DNA of 64,000 nucleotides. Source: a candidate division FCPU426 bacterium. Its GTDB lineage: Bacteria; Oederibacteriota; PGYV01; Palsa-1178. Positions 9,307 through 19,102 of the stretch are shown piece by piece (position 1 is the first letter of the stretch; each line of letters opens with the position of its first letter). A program made the translations under genes and the position numbers. Location of the stretch: contig CAWIXE010000001.1 in assembly GCA_963840035.1 (NCBI GenBank), forward strand, positions 416,001 through 480,000. The letters are read 5' to 3'. A model generated the notes under the pieces. The model had not been told where the DNA came from, did not search any database, and saw nothing but the letters and a program-made list of their open reading frames with translations.

Positions 9307-10128
9307 ATGAAAAAAATTATTATGTTATTTGTTTTTGTAATGGCCTTATCGGCTGTTTCCTTTTGCGCGGCTTCTTCCGACGATATGTTCTCCTACATCC
9401 CTTACAAAAGCGCCAGCTGGAAATCGCAGGTAACTATGGAAGGCAATGACGGGACAAACACCTTTGACCAGGTTATTTCTTTCAAAGGAAAAAAGATGCG
9501 CATGGAAGGAAAACTCAAGGACAAGTCCAGCGGGGAAACAGTAAATCAGGTCATCATAATGGACAGCAAGGCCATATACATAATTAACAGCGACAAAAAA
9601 TCAGCCATGAAGATGTCTCTTAAAAACAACATGAATCCGGAAAAATACAGCCAGGAAGCGGCCAAGTACAGGAAAAAAGCGAAGATGATAGGCACGCAGA
9701 CCATAGGCGGTGTGGCATGCGAAATTTTTGTGTATGATTATGAGATGGAAGGCAATGACAAACCCATCAAGATGAAAGAGTGGAGGGCCGCGGACGGATT
9801 TATAATGAAGAGCACTTCTGAAATGGAAAATATGAAAACCACGTCGGTTGTATCCGACCTGAAAAAGAACCCGTCGCTTTCAGACTCGCTGTTCGTTCCG
9901 GAAAAAGACATCACTATAATGGATATGGACAACCTCATGAAAGGCGCTTTTAAAGCCGCGGATGAAGAGGAAAAGGCTGAAAAAGCAGCTGAAAAGACGC
10001 TGAATAAGAAGGAAAAAGCAGAGGAAGAAGCAACGCCGGTTGACGCCGGGGAAGCCGTAAAAAAAGCGCTGCAGGACGAGGGCGCTGACGCGGCAAAGGA
10101 CGCTTTAAAAGGGTTGTTTGGGCAGTAA
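9307..10128 (+). CDS. Secreted DUF4412/LolA-like protein
   Basis: Signal peptide; KMRME, IGTQTIGGVACE and LSDSLFVP patterns of LolA-fold/DUF4412 proteins; ACAGGAGG RBS. Confidence 0.55.
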   Translation: MKKIIMLFVFVMALSAVSFCAASSDDMFSYIPYKSASWKSQVTMEGNDGTNTFDQVISFKGKKMRMEGKLKDKSSGETVNQVIIMDSKAIYIINSDKKSAMKMSLKNNMNPEKYSQEAAKYRKKAKMIGTQTIGGVACEIFVYDYEMEGNDKPIKMKEWRAADGFIMKSTSEMENMKTTSVVSDLKKNPSLSDSLFVPEKDITIMDMDNLMKGAFKAADEEEKAEKAAEKTLNKKEKAEEEATPVDAGEAVKKALQDEGADAAKDALKGLFGQ

Positions 10129-10171
10129 TAGAAAGTCAAAATTAATAAGTCAAAAGCAAAAGGTGAAGCAG

Positions 10172-10714
10172 ATGAATAGAAACAAAATTATTATTTTTGT
10201 AATATTTATTTTATTGTTAACTCAGGTATGTTTTGCCGGTGAAATAGGTTCCGTGTTTCCATCCTTTACAGGTAAAGCTATCGATGACGCAGTAACTTCT
10301 GTTGCTTCAGGCGTGACGCTGAAAGCGGAAGTGGTTGTGATGACTTTTTCCAGGCAGGACATGGCAATAACCGATTCATGGGTAAACACTGTGGCGGCAA
10401 AATACGCCGGCAATCAAAATGTGGCTGTCAGGGAAGTGGCGGTCATACCTGACATGCCTTTTATAACAGGGATAATACTTAACGGCATCAAAGGCGCAAT
10501 AGCGCAGAATAAGTGGAAGGATTTTATAATATACTCCGGGGACAAGGAAGCCATGATGAAATCCCTCGGTGCGGAAGACGCGTCTTTGTTTTATGTTTAC
10601 GTGGTCGGCAAAGGCGGGGTAATAAAGTGGTTTAAGAAAGGCGCAAAACCTGCTGAAGAAGACATTGCGGGTATTATGAAGGCTGTTGAGAAAGAGATAA
10701 AGCGCGGCAGTTAA
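10172..10714 (+). CDS. Secreted thioredoxin-fold-like hypothetical protein
   Basis: Signal peptide; IGSVFPSFTG start and YVYVVGKGGVIKW end typical of redoxin-like folds, but no CxxC; AAGGTGA RBS. Confidence 0.5.
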   Translation: MNRNKIIIFVIFILLLTQVCFAGEIGSVFPSFTGKAIDDAVTSVASGVTLKAEVVVMTFSRQDMAITDSWVNTVAAKYAGNQNVAVREVAVIPDMPFITGIILNGIKGAIAQNKWKDFIIYSGDKEAMMKSLGAEDASLFYVYVVGKGGVIKWFKKGAKPAEEDIAGIMKAVEKEIKRGS

Positions 10715-10738
10715 TAGTTGTATTGAAAGAATTCAAGA

Positions 10739-10853
10739 TGTCATTGCGAGGAGGCGTATTTGTGTTTTGCCGACGAAGCAATCTTGCTGCTTTTAAGAGA
10801 AGAAACTAGATTGCTTCGTCGCCATAAATCAAATACGGCTCCTCGCAATGACA
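10739..10853. repeat. 115-bp TGTC-tagged palindromic element, copy 2
   Basis: Same stems as copy 1, opposite orientation. Confidence 0.9.
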
Positions 10854-10909
10854 AACTGTAAAAATAAATATTGAATACCGCAAACTTAAAACTGCTTTTA
10901 TCTGATTTT

Positions 10910-11218
10910 TCAACAGCTGGACAAAAACCGTTTTATATACTCTTCCTTTATGTCCTTGTTATCCACCAAAAAATCCTCCGCAAGAGCCTGGCGCATGTCC
11001 GGCGGTATGGCGTATTTAGACCAGATGAAGCGCACCCCGGGTATCATCAGAAGCGCCTCGCTGAAATTTTCAGTGTAGACAAGAACGCTGTCAAAACCCG
11101 CGGTATTGTCAGGGCCGACAATCTTATAATAAAGGCTTAGAAATTCCTTCAATTTTTCATCTTTTGAGTCGAACACAATGGCGTCCGCTTTTCTCAGCAT
11201 GTCGTATGTGATGTCCAT
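10910..11218 (-). CDS. Hypothetical protein (102 aa)
   Basis: ORF MDITYDMLRKAD...; ATG 7 nt after a TGtTATACT extended -10 element. Confidence 0.6.
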   Translation of the reverse strand: MDITYDMLRKADAIVFDSKDEKLKEFLSLYYKIVGPDNTAGFDSVLVYTENFSEALLMIPGVRFIWSKYAIPPDMRQALAEDFLVDNKDIKEEYIKRFLSSC

Positions 11219-11243
11219 GACGGAAAGTATAACATAAAACAAT

Positions 11244-11340
11244 AATTTCTAATTCCTTATTTCTGATTTCTAATTATACAAGACTACGGGACTAACCTGT
11301 ACTGCCGTTATCAGAAATTAGAAATGAGAAATTAGAAATT
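11244..11340. repeat. Inverted pair of 7-bp tandem repeats
   Basis: AATTTCT AATTCCT TATTTCT GATTTCT AATT ... ATCAGAA ATTAGAA ATGAGAA ATTAGAA ATT. Confidence 0.85.
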
Positions 11341-11366
11341 TTAAGTTTTAAGTTGATAACCCTTTA

Positions 11367-11395
11367 TTGACCTGCCATTTTATTTATGCTAAAAT
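11367..11395 (+). promoter_or_regulatory. Sigma70-type promoter of the signalling operon
   Basis: TTGACC-17 nt-TAAAAT with extended -10 TG. Confidence 0.65.
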
Positions 11396-11452
11396 CTCTC
11401 ATTAGTCTACAAGAGCGGATTTTGTCCTTTTACTTCTTTATAAGGAGGAAGG

Positions 11453-12733
11453 GTGAAGATAAAGACCGATTTTTTCCTTGGTACTGCTTTCATTATTATA
11501 CTATCCATAGCTGCCACAGCATTTGTCCTGGCAAATGACGCCAGGCTGATGCTAAAACAGGAGATAGGCGACAAAGCAAACCTGTTAATTAACGGCATAC
11601 GCGGCGTGGCCGTCGAATCACTCATAAAAAAAGACCTTCTTTCCCTCAATTATTTTATTAAGGAAGCAGCCGCAACCAGGGGCATTCTGTATATCCTCGT
11701 AACTGACAGGAACGGGAACATTGCCGCTTCAAACAATCCCAAAGACAACGGAATGCACATTGCCGAAGCTTATCCCCTTATAGAGCCGGTTACGGGCACC
11801 ATGGACATTAACATCTCCGGAACCGCGCACAGGGCGCTTAATTTTACCGAAGAGATGGATATAAAAAACGCTGATAAAAAAATCACGGCAGGCAGGATAT
11901 ACGTGGGCTTTGACAGGAATTACATAGAGAATAAAATGATGATGATATATATAAAAAGCGCGGTGATAGCGTTAATCGTCATGATAATCGCGGTCTTCCT
12001 CGTTATGTACATGGTCGGGAGGATAACAAGGCCCATGAAGCAGCTTGTGGACGGAACCGATGTTATCGCGCAGGGGGACTTAAAGCACCGGATAAAGGTG
12101 GACGTTAAAAACGAGTTCCAGTCGCTGGCAAATTCGTTCAATTCCATGACGCAAAAGCTTGACGAATATTACGAAGGCATATTGAACGCCTTTACCATAG
12201 CGGTAGACTCAAAAAACAAATATACCACCGGCCATTCACGCAGGGTATCAAAATACGCGCTCGCCCTGGGCAGGGAACTAAAACTCGGCCAGCAGCAGCT
12301 GGAAAATATCCGCATAGCGTCAATACTGATGGACATCGGGAACCTCGGGGTAAAGGACGCGGTGTTTACAAAGACAGATTCCCTCACAGCCGAGGATTTC
12401 ATACAGATACAAAAGCACCCTGAAATAAGCGCAAAGATACTGAAAAATATCCCCGCCTTAAATGAAGTGGTGCCCATCATAATCCAGCATCATGAAAGGC
12501 ACGACGGCATGGGTTATCCCTCGGGGTTAAAGGGAGACCAGATATCCATCGAGGCAAAGGTGCTTTCTTTGGCGGACGCGTACGACGCCATGACCACACA
12601 GAGGGAGCACAGGAAGGCCCTTTCCATGGACGAGGCCGTATATGAGCTCAGGAATAACAAGGAAAAGCAGTTTGACCCCAAAGTCACGGAAGCTTTCATC
12701 GGAGTCATCAACAGAGAGGGCGGGGCGGCATAA
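11453..12733 (+). CDS. Membrane sensor with HAMP and degenerate HD-GYP domain
   Basis: Two TM segments and a HAMP domain; GHSRRV, ILMDIG (in place of LLHDIG), HHERHDGMGYPSGLKG and LADAYDAM motifs. Confidence 0.85.
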   Translation: MKIKTDFFLGTAFIIILSIAATAFVLANDARLMLKQEIGDKANLLINGIRGVAVESLIKKDLLSLNYFIKEAAATRGILYILVTDRNGNIAASNNPKDNGMHIAEAYPLIEPVTGTMDINISGTAHRALNFTEEMDIKNADKKITAGRIYVGFDRNYIENKMMMIYIKSAVIALIVMIIAVFLVMYMVGRITRPMKQLVDGTDVIAQGDLKHRIKVDVKNEFQSLANSFNSMTQKLDEYYEGILNAFTIAVDSKNKYTTGHSRRVSKYALALGRELKLGQQQLENIRIASILMDIGNLGVKDAVFTKTDSLTAEDFIQIQKHPEISAKILKNIPALNEVVPIIIQHHERHDGMGYPSGLKGDQISIEAKVLSLADAYDAMTTQREHRKALSMDEAVYELRNNKEKQFDPKVTEAFIGVINREGGAA

Positions 12734-14247
12734 TGGCAAAGAAAAAGAAGAAAAAAGGCTTAAGGATATCGCTCAGTTTCAAGTTCAGCTTTTTTGTCGG
12801 GCTGCTATTGACGGGAATTATGATAGCCCTCACCATATTTATTTATAACCAGGAAAAAACAGCTCTTTCTTCTGAAGTTAAAAAGAGGGGCACTGCCATA
12901 GCGAAAAATCTCGCTAACAACGCTGAAGAGGCGCTGACCACGAACGAAGAGCTGACGCTTTTTGTGCTGGCCAAGCAGGCGGTGCAGGACCCGCCGGCAG
13001 GGCAGGAAGCCGAGACACAAAACTTCTGGATAGCGGTTCTCATGAACCTTAAAGACGATATTATGGGAAATATCATAGAGACAAAGCCCGTAAAAAATGA
13101 GGGCATCCTTGACGCGGTCGTGGTAAAAAAAGGCATTATCGCGTCCGCCAGCAACGCCACGTTGAACAAGCAGGGCGATGAGTATAACCTTCCGGCAGGG
13201 ATAAAACCGCTCGCGCCGTCGGATGACGTGCTTATTCAGGATTATTCCGAGAACGGAAAGGAATATTTTGATATTGCGGTGCCGATCACTTCGCTCGGCA
13301 GCACCGTGCTCGGCGAAGTACACTTAAAAGTGTCGCAGGACCTCATATCAAAGGTAGTCACGGCAGCGGCCATTAAAGTCGTCCTTATCACAATAGCCGC
13401 GCTTATCGTAGGAATTATTGTTTCCATAATACTTGTGACTATAATTACCAACCCGATAAAATATCTGGTAAGCGGCGTGCGCGCGATGGGAGAAGGCGAC
13501 TTCGACACACAGATAAAGATTAAATCAAGCGACGAACTCGGCGAGCTTACAGAGGCGTTTAATGCCACCGCAAAAAGCTTAAAGGAAAAGGAACTTTTAA
13601 AAGGCGCGTTTTCCACTTACGTATCCGGAGCGCTCATGGAGGAAATATTAAAGGACCCGACAAAACTTTCCCTCCACGGGAAAAAATTAAAGGCAACCAT
13701 GCTCTTCACCGACATCAGGGGGTTTACGTCAATGTCAGAGACCCTGGACCCGGTCGAGGTTGTTTCCATAATAAACGAATACCTGACGCTGCAGACCGAT
13801 AAGGTCATGAAATGGCAGGGAGTTCTTGACAAATTCGTCGGTGACTGCGTCATGGCCGTATACGGCGTGCCGTTTCCCAAGGAAGACGATTCATACAGGG
13901 CTATCCGGACCGCGCTTGACATAAGGGACGGCCTTATCAAGCTTAATTCCATAAGGGAAAGGCGCGGCCAGAAAATTGTGGGCATCGGCATCGGCATAAA
14001 TACCGGGGAAGTCGTTTCCGGAAATATGGGTTCCCCTCAGAAAATGGATTATACCGTCATCGGCGATAACGTGAACCTGGCAGCGAGGCTTGAGGCAAAC
14101 GCGCCGGCGGGCAGGATATATGTCAGTGAGTCCACATACCTGGAAACAAAAGACAGGATCGAATACATACAGCTGGAGTCAATCATGGTAAAGGGAAAGA
14201 AAGAACCGATAAATGTCTACGAGCCCATCAGGGCACTTATAGCATAA
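12733..14247 (+). CDS. Class III adenylate cyclase with periplasmic sensor and HAMP
   Basis: LFTDIRGFT, DKFVGDCVMA, GIGINTG and YTVIGDNVNLAARLE motifs. Confidence 0.92.
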   Translation: MAKKKKKKGLRISLSFKFSFFVGLLLTGIMIALTIFIYNQEKTALSSEVKKRGTAIAKNLANNAEEALTTNEELTLFVLAKQAVQDPPAGQEAETQNFWIAVLMNLKDDIMGNIIETKPVKNEGILDAVVVKKGIIASASNATLNKQGDEYNLPAGIKPLAPSDDVLIQDYSENGKEYFDIAVPITSLGSTVLGEVHLKVSQDLISKVVTAAAIKVVLITIAALIVGIIVSIILVTIITNPIKYLVSGVRAMGEGDFDTQIKIKSSDELGELTEAFNATAKSLKEKELLKGAFSTYVSGALMEEILKDPTKLSLHGKKLKATMLFTDIRGFTSMSETLDPVEVVSIINEYLTLQTDKVMKWQGVLDKFVGDCVMAVYGVPFPKEDDSYRAIRTALDIRDGLIKLNSIRERRGQKIVGIGIGINTGEVVSGNMGSPQKMDYTVIGDNVNLAARLEANAPAGRIYVSESTYLETKDRIEYIQLESIMVKGKKEPINVYEPIRALIA

Positions 14248-14258
14248 GAAGGCGGAGA

Positions 14259-15500
14259 ATGGAAGATAAGAAGGATATAATAAAAACCATCACACGGTAC
14301 ACACAGGCAGGGGACTGGCCCAAAGCCATCAAGGAGTATGAAAAACTTCTTGCCATGGACCCCAATGACATAAATATTTTTAACTCCCTGGGCGAAGCTT
14401 TATCCAAGGTCGGGGAGAACAGGAAAGCCTTTGAGTATTTCAAAAAAGTGCTTGAGGATTACCAGGCAAAGGGCAATGCCTCAAAAATAATGTTCCTATA
14501 TAAAAAGATAGCGAAACTTGACCCGAAAAAGTTCGACCTTGAAGGAAAGGCAATGCATGAAAAAATATCAAAGATAGTGACGGCCATAACCATGGCGGAC
14601 GCCGGCGACGCGGGCGCGCTGGATTTTTTAAGGGAAGCCGAGAAGATAGACAGGTATAACTATGAGATACTCACCAGGATCGGCGAAATATGCGAAAAGA
14701 AAAACATGATAGGCGAGGCTGTTGAGGCCTACACAAAGTCCATCAGGGTGCTTGTGGAAAAAGGAAAGAAAGACGAGGCCATAATCATAGCGAACAAAGT
14801 GCTGGTCATGGACAAGGAAAACACCGAAGCCATGGCAATGGTGGCCGACGACATGCTTTCAAAGGGTAAAAAAGAGCAGGCCGAGGCGATATTCAAGGAC
14901 CTGCTTATAACCATGGCGGAAAAGGATAAGATAGCGGACGGCAAGCAGGTGGCAAAGCGCGCCATGGACCTGAACATAATGTACGGCAAGCAGTTCTACG
15001 CTTACTTTCTTTTTAAGGACAATAACATCGAAGAGGCAAAAAAAATACTCGAGCACGGCGAGGAACTATCAGCCGAGGAAAAAGTGCTGCTCGGGAAAAT
15101 ATATTTCAAGGGCTGCGAATATGACAAGTCAAAATCCGTCCTGATGTCGCTGGACCCGGAAATAATCAACACCAATGTGGAAATTTTGGAGATTATAGCC
15201 GACTCGCTGCTTAAACTGAGGGAATACAAAAACGCGGCGGAAAATTACCTGAAGGCGCTTAAGATTCTCAAGTCCGAAGGCAGCCTGGATGACGCCATAA
15301 TGATGGCAAATAAAATGATGAACGTGGAAACGGAAAATACCGAGCTTCACGAGATAATGGCTGAGATTTATACAAAGAAAAACATGAAAGCAAAGGTCAT
15401 AGACGAATACACCAAGCTGGCCGCGCTCTACGACAAGAATGGCCGCGGCGAAGACTCGGTAAAAATAAAGCAGGCCCTTGCGAAACTTAAGCTGATATGA
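14259..15500 (+). CDS. Cytoplasmic TPR protein
   Basis: Repeated TPR consensus (KAIKEYEKLLAMDP, LGEALSKVG); no signal peptide. Confidence 0.8.
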   Translation: MEDKKDIIKTITRYTQAGDWPKAIKEYEKLLAMDPNDINIFNSLGEALSKVGENRKAFEYFKKVLEDYQAKGNASKIMFLYKKIAKLDPKKFDLEGKAMHEKISKIVTAITMADAGDAGALDFLREAEKIDRYNYEILTRIGEICEKKNMIGEAVEAYTKSIRVLVEKGKKDEAIIIANKVLVMDKENTEAMAMVADDMLSKGKKEQAEAIFKDLLITMAEKDKIADGKQVAKRAMDLNIMYGKQFYAYFLFKDNNIEEAKKILEHGEELSAEEKVLLGKIYFKGCEYDKSKSVLMSLDPEIINTNVEILEIIADSLLKLREYKNAAENYLKALKILKSEGSLDDAIMMANKMMNVETENTELHEIMAEIYTKKNMKAKVIDEYTKLAALYDKNGRGEDSVKIKQALAKLKLI

Positions 15501-15856
15501 AGGCCTTTGACTGTGATTTCTGCGCCTTAAAAGCAAAGGCGCAGGACACCGTGGTGAAATGGCACTATGACGCCTCAAAAAAACTCTCCTGTAATTTCCA
15601 GGTGGTCCATGACAGGGTCCCGTGCAATGTCAAAGGCGAAGGGGCTTTTTTTAACAGGTCCCTGCCGCTTTTATATGTCTTTAAAAATATGCCGGAGTTC
15701 CTTTACTTTGTTTCAAGGCACGAGGTGAACAAAAAGGAGCTGAAAAAATTTACTGAACGCGTGGAAAAAGACAGGTCATATATAAGACGGCATACAGTGG
15801 ATAAGAAGGAAGTAAAGAAGCTGATAATAAGGATGGAAGGTATGGGTGAAGGGTGA
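15497..15856 (+). CDS. Hypothetical protein with CxxC plus two further Cys
   Basis: ATGA overlap with the TPR gene; DCDFC near the N-terminus. Confidence 0.6.
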   Translation: MKAFDCDFCALKAKAQDTVVKWHYDASKKLSCNFQVVHDRVPCNVKGEGAFFNRSLPLLYVFKNMPEFLYFVSRHEVNKKELKKFTERVEKDRSYIRRHTVDKKEVKKLIIRMEGMGEG

Positions 15857-15883
15857 AAGGTGATAGGAAAAGCAAGATGAAGG

Positions 15884-15950
15884 CAGTTTTAAGTTTAAAG
15901 TTTTAAGATGTTATGTGGGGCCTTATCTTTAAACTTAAAACTTCAAACTG
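15884..15950. repeat. Heptamer-arm hairpin element, copy A
   Basis: CAGTTTTAAGTTTAAAGTTTTAAGATG...TTATCTTTAAACTTAAAACTTCAAACTG; a near-identical copy lies at 60809-60883. Confidence 0.85.
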
Positions 15951-15976
15951 ATATTATCTGATTTCACAGGAGACAT

Positions 15977-16429
15977 ATGGAACATAAGGACGTACGGGCA
16001 AAACTGAAAGAATACACAGTTGACGAACTTGATAAGGACACCATGCGGGAAATGGAAATCCATATTGAGACATGCGTGATATGCAAAAAGGAACTTCTTT
16101 TATGGCAGGAAGTCATAGCCAAGCAGAAGGAAAACGCCAGGATCAGGCAGTTTATACCGTCAGGCACCTTCCGTGAACGCATAAATTACAGGATGAACAG
16201 GATGGAAAGCGAAAAAAACCTCCCTCCCTTAATAATGAGGATGAAAGCCATAGAGCGCGCCTTGACAAGCACCACAGGCAGGATGATAATACAGATGTCA
16301 GTGCTTCTTCTGGGTTTCCTTTGGCTTCTTTTTGTGGTAAAAAAAGGGACCAGTTTATTGTCTTTATTCTTCCTCATGATAGGATTTGGCGCGCTGTTTT
16401 TCCTGATACTTAAGAGGAAGAAAAAATAG
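15977..16429 (+). CDS. zf-HC2 anti-sigma-factor-like membrane protein
   Basis: HIETCVIC (HxxxCxxC) and two C-terminal TM helices. Confidence 0.75.
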   Translation: MEHKDVRAKLKEYTVDELDKDTMREMEIHIETCVICKKELLLWQEVIAKQKENARIRQFIPSGTFRERINYRMNRMESEKNLPPLIMRMKAIERALTSTTGRMIIQMSVLLLGFLWLLFVVKKGTSLLSLFFLMIGFGALFFLILKRKKK

Positions 16430-16583
16430 AGGAAGCCCCTTCATTATTATATTCAGAAGCAGTTTTCAATAATTCAACAAACCATTAATATATTTGTAAA
16501 TAGGGCTTTATTTTTTGTAGTTTTTTTGGTAAATTTATATAAAGGACCATTTACAGGGAAAAACCATAAAAACGAGGTTAAAA

Positions 16584-17390
16584 TTGAGAAAGTCAGTCTT
16601 TCTTGCGTTATTGGTATGCTTTCTTGCGCCTATTGCCATGGCCGCTCCAAGCGCGACAAAGACACCTTATCAGGCAAAGACTGTTTTTACCGGCGGAGGG
16701 ACAACAGAAAACGCGCTTACCGCAAAATATTACGCTGCCGCGGTTAATTACCACAAGAAGAAAGACTTTAAAAACGCCCTCATGTATTATAACGCCGCCA
16801 TCAAAAAAGACAGGAAGTTCTGGCAGGCATGGCTGGGGCTTGGCATCTGTTATTATTCCATGGCCAAGTACAGGAACGCGAAACTCATATTCCAGTATGT
16901 GCTTTCCTTAAAGCCGGACGAACCGACCGCAAAAAAATACTACGATATCATGTCGCCTAAAAAAGCAAAAGCCGGGGCAATAGCCCCGATAAACAGGGCA
17001 AAAGGGGAACTCATGTGGCGCTCGGCGCTGCTGCCGGGGCTCGGCCAGTTTTATAACGAGGAAATAGCGAAGGGATATATTTATTCCCTTGCTTATGTGG
17101 CAAGCATAGCGGCAATTGTAAAGTACATCATAGACCAGCAAAGCGCGGTGGCCGCATATAATAACGCAAATAATGATTTTGAAGTAAAGTATAAGGCAAT
17201 ACAGGACGCTCAGACAAAAGTTATCATACCGGTGGCGACCGCCGCGGTAGTGTGGGGAATATCCGTGCTGGACGCGTACTTAAGCGGCAAGGACGAGAAG
17301 CCGGCGGCGGCGAAAAGAACAAACACGGTGGAATTCAAATACGACGGCGGGGTTACAGTGGCGGTCAACCTTTTACAGGCGAGTTTCTAA
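16584..17390 (+). CDS. Secreted TPR + DUF5683-like protein (copy 1)
   Basis: Signal peptide, TPRs, WRSALLPGLGQFYN and SVLDAY motifs. Confidence 0.75.
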   Translation: MRKSVFLALLVCFLAPIAMAAPSATKTPYQAKTVFTGGGTTENALTAKYYAAAVNYHKKKDFKNALMYYNAAIKKDRKFWQAWLGLGICYYSMAKYRNAKLIFQYVLSLKPDEPTAKKYYDIMSPKKAKAGAIAPINRAKGELMWRSALLPGLGQFYNEEIAKGYIYSLAYVASIAAIVKYIIDQQSAVAAYNNANNDFEVKYKAIQDAQTKVIIPVATAAVVWGISVLDAYLSGKDEKPAAAKRTNTVEFKYDGGVTVAVNLLQASF

Positions 17391-17391
17391 G

Positions 17392-18288
17392 GTGAAGATG
17401 AAAAAAACATGCGTTATAATCACAGCGGCGCTGGCGCTTTTAATTGCGGCTTCATGCGCGCAGTATAAGAGGAACAATCCGTATGACCCCGGAGGCGAAG
17501 CTTACGCCGGCATAACATACAAAGGCAGCGCGTGGTATCCCATGTCCACCGAGATAAAAGGAATGGTTGTGAATCAGGGCTTCCTGAATTTCGCGGCCTA
17601 TCAGACGGGGCCCGGGGACTGCGTCATAAAGATGACCGGCGCGCAGGCTTTTACCGTAATAGGGTCAACGGGGACCGCCACGGGAAGTTTTAATTTTATC
17701 AATGACATTGCCGCGGATAATTCCGGAAACCTGTACGTGACGGATAAGACGGCAAAAGTGCAGGTCATAAGCGCGGCGAACACGGTAACGAGCTGGCCCA
17801 TATCCGCCACGGGCGTGGATAACCTCTACCTTGAGTGGCTTAATAATTATATTTTCATTAGCAACTCCATGGACGATACCGTCACGAAATATACGCAATC
17901 AGGCGTCTATGACAGCCAGATATCCATAACTACAACCGCGCTAGGGAATTTTAAGCCGGGCAGGATTTTCAGGTCGTCTTCAAACCTTTTTGTGGTAAAC
18001 GAACTTGATAAAAGCCAGGTGGTTAAGATGACGGATACCCTCATAAACTCCGATATCAAGGATTTTCCCGCGTCCATATATGACGGTGCGGCGGCCATAA
18101 CAGGAATGCAGCTGGTTTCAAGCAGGGTTGTTTACAAAGTTGACAGCAACATGGTGCTTTCCCTTAAATGGGGTGATTTCGGCGAAGGGCCGGGAAGGAT
18201 ATTAAACGGCAAACTCGCGGCTTATGACGGGGCAACCAATATGACATACATACTTGACAGTTCCACAATAAAGGTATTTGGAGAGTAA
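17392..18288 (+). CDS. Lipoprotein with NHL-like beta-propeller (copy 1)
   Basis: Lipobox AASC followed by RNNPYDP; GTATGSFNFINDIAADNSGNLYVTD NHL repeat. Confidence 0.7.
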   Translation: MKMKKTCVIITAALALLIAASCAQYKRNNPYDPGGEAYAGITYKGSAWYPMSTEIKGMVVNQGFLNFAAYQTGPGDCVIKMTGAQAFTVIGSTGTATGSFNFINDIAADNSGNLYVTDKTAKVQVISAANTVTSWPISATGVDNLYLEWLNNYIFISNSMDDTVTKYTQSGVYDSQISITTTALGNFKPGRIFRSSSNLFVVNELDKSQVVKMTDTLINSDIKDFPASIYDGAAAITGMQLVSSRVVYKVDSNMVLSLKWGDFGEGPGRILNGKLAAYDGATNMTYILDSSTIKVFGE

Positions 18289-19101
18289 ATGAAAAATTTT
18301 TTACGGGTCAGTTTAATCGTTTTATCTGTTTTGTGCGCGGCAGCTTTATTTGCCGTGGAAGCCGCGCCGGCGGAAGATGCCGGATTGCCAGAACAGGACC
18401 GGCAGCAGGCTGACGTATTACAGGACATAATGCCGGCGCGAACACAGTACACAAAAACAGAACTTTACATACTGCAGGGGGACAAGTTTTTTAACGCGGG
18501 AAACTTTACAAACGCCGTGAAATACTATTATGCCGTAGCGAAACTTGAGCCTAAAAACCTGAAAGCTTGGAAAAAAACGGCTTTTTGTTATTACCAGATG
18601 AAACAGCATAAATACGCCTACTTCTGTTTTCAGAAGGTTCTGGCCATTGATAAAGCCGATAAGGACGCCGTGGAATTCATGGATTATTATAAGACAATAG
18701 TCGGCCAGTCAAAAAAAACCGCCGTTAAACGCGAGATGGCTGATTCCCTGTGGCGCGCGTCAGTGCTTCCGGGATTCGGGCAGTTTTATAACAACCAGTA
18801 CAGCAAGGGAATAGTGATAGCGGGGAGTTTTATATGCTCGCTGGGGCTGACAATATTCAGCGTAGCCGATGAAAAGATGAAATATGAAAAATACCTGAAA
18901 GCAAACGAGAACCAGGACCTGGCTTTCAAGGAAGCGCAGGACGCGTATACAAACGCCCTCATATGGGGGCTCATCGCAGGCGGGGTCTACGCCATAGGGA
19001 TTGTAGACGCGGCGTTGAATTACAACTGCGAGGAAGCAAGGTCAATCGGCATGGAAGTAAAAAACAACGCTGTTTACCTGGCGGCGGGGATGAAGTGGTA
19101 G
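18289..19101 (+). CDS. Secreted TPR + DUF5683-like protein (copy 2)
   Basis: Signal peptide, TPRs, WRASVLPGFGQFYN and GIVDAA motifs. Confidence 0.75.
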   Translation: MKNFLRVSLIVLSVLCAAALFAVEAAPAEDAGLPEQDRQQADVLQDIMPARTQYTKTELYILQGDKFFNAGNFTNAVKYYYAVAKLEPKNLKAWKKTAFCYYQMKQHKYAYFCFQKVLAIDKADKDAVEFMDYYKTIVGQSKKTAVKREMADSLWRASVLPGFGQFYNNQYSKGIVIAGSFICSLGLTIFSVADEKMKYEKYLKANENQDLAFKEAQDAYTNALIWGLIAGGVYAIGIVDAALNYNCEEARSIGMEVKNNAVYLAAGMKW

Positions 19102-19102
19102 G

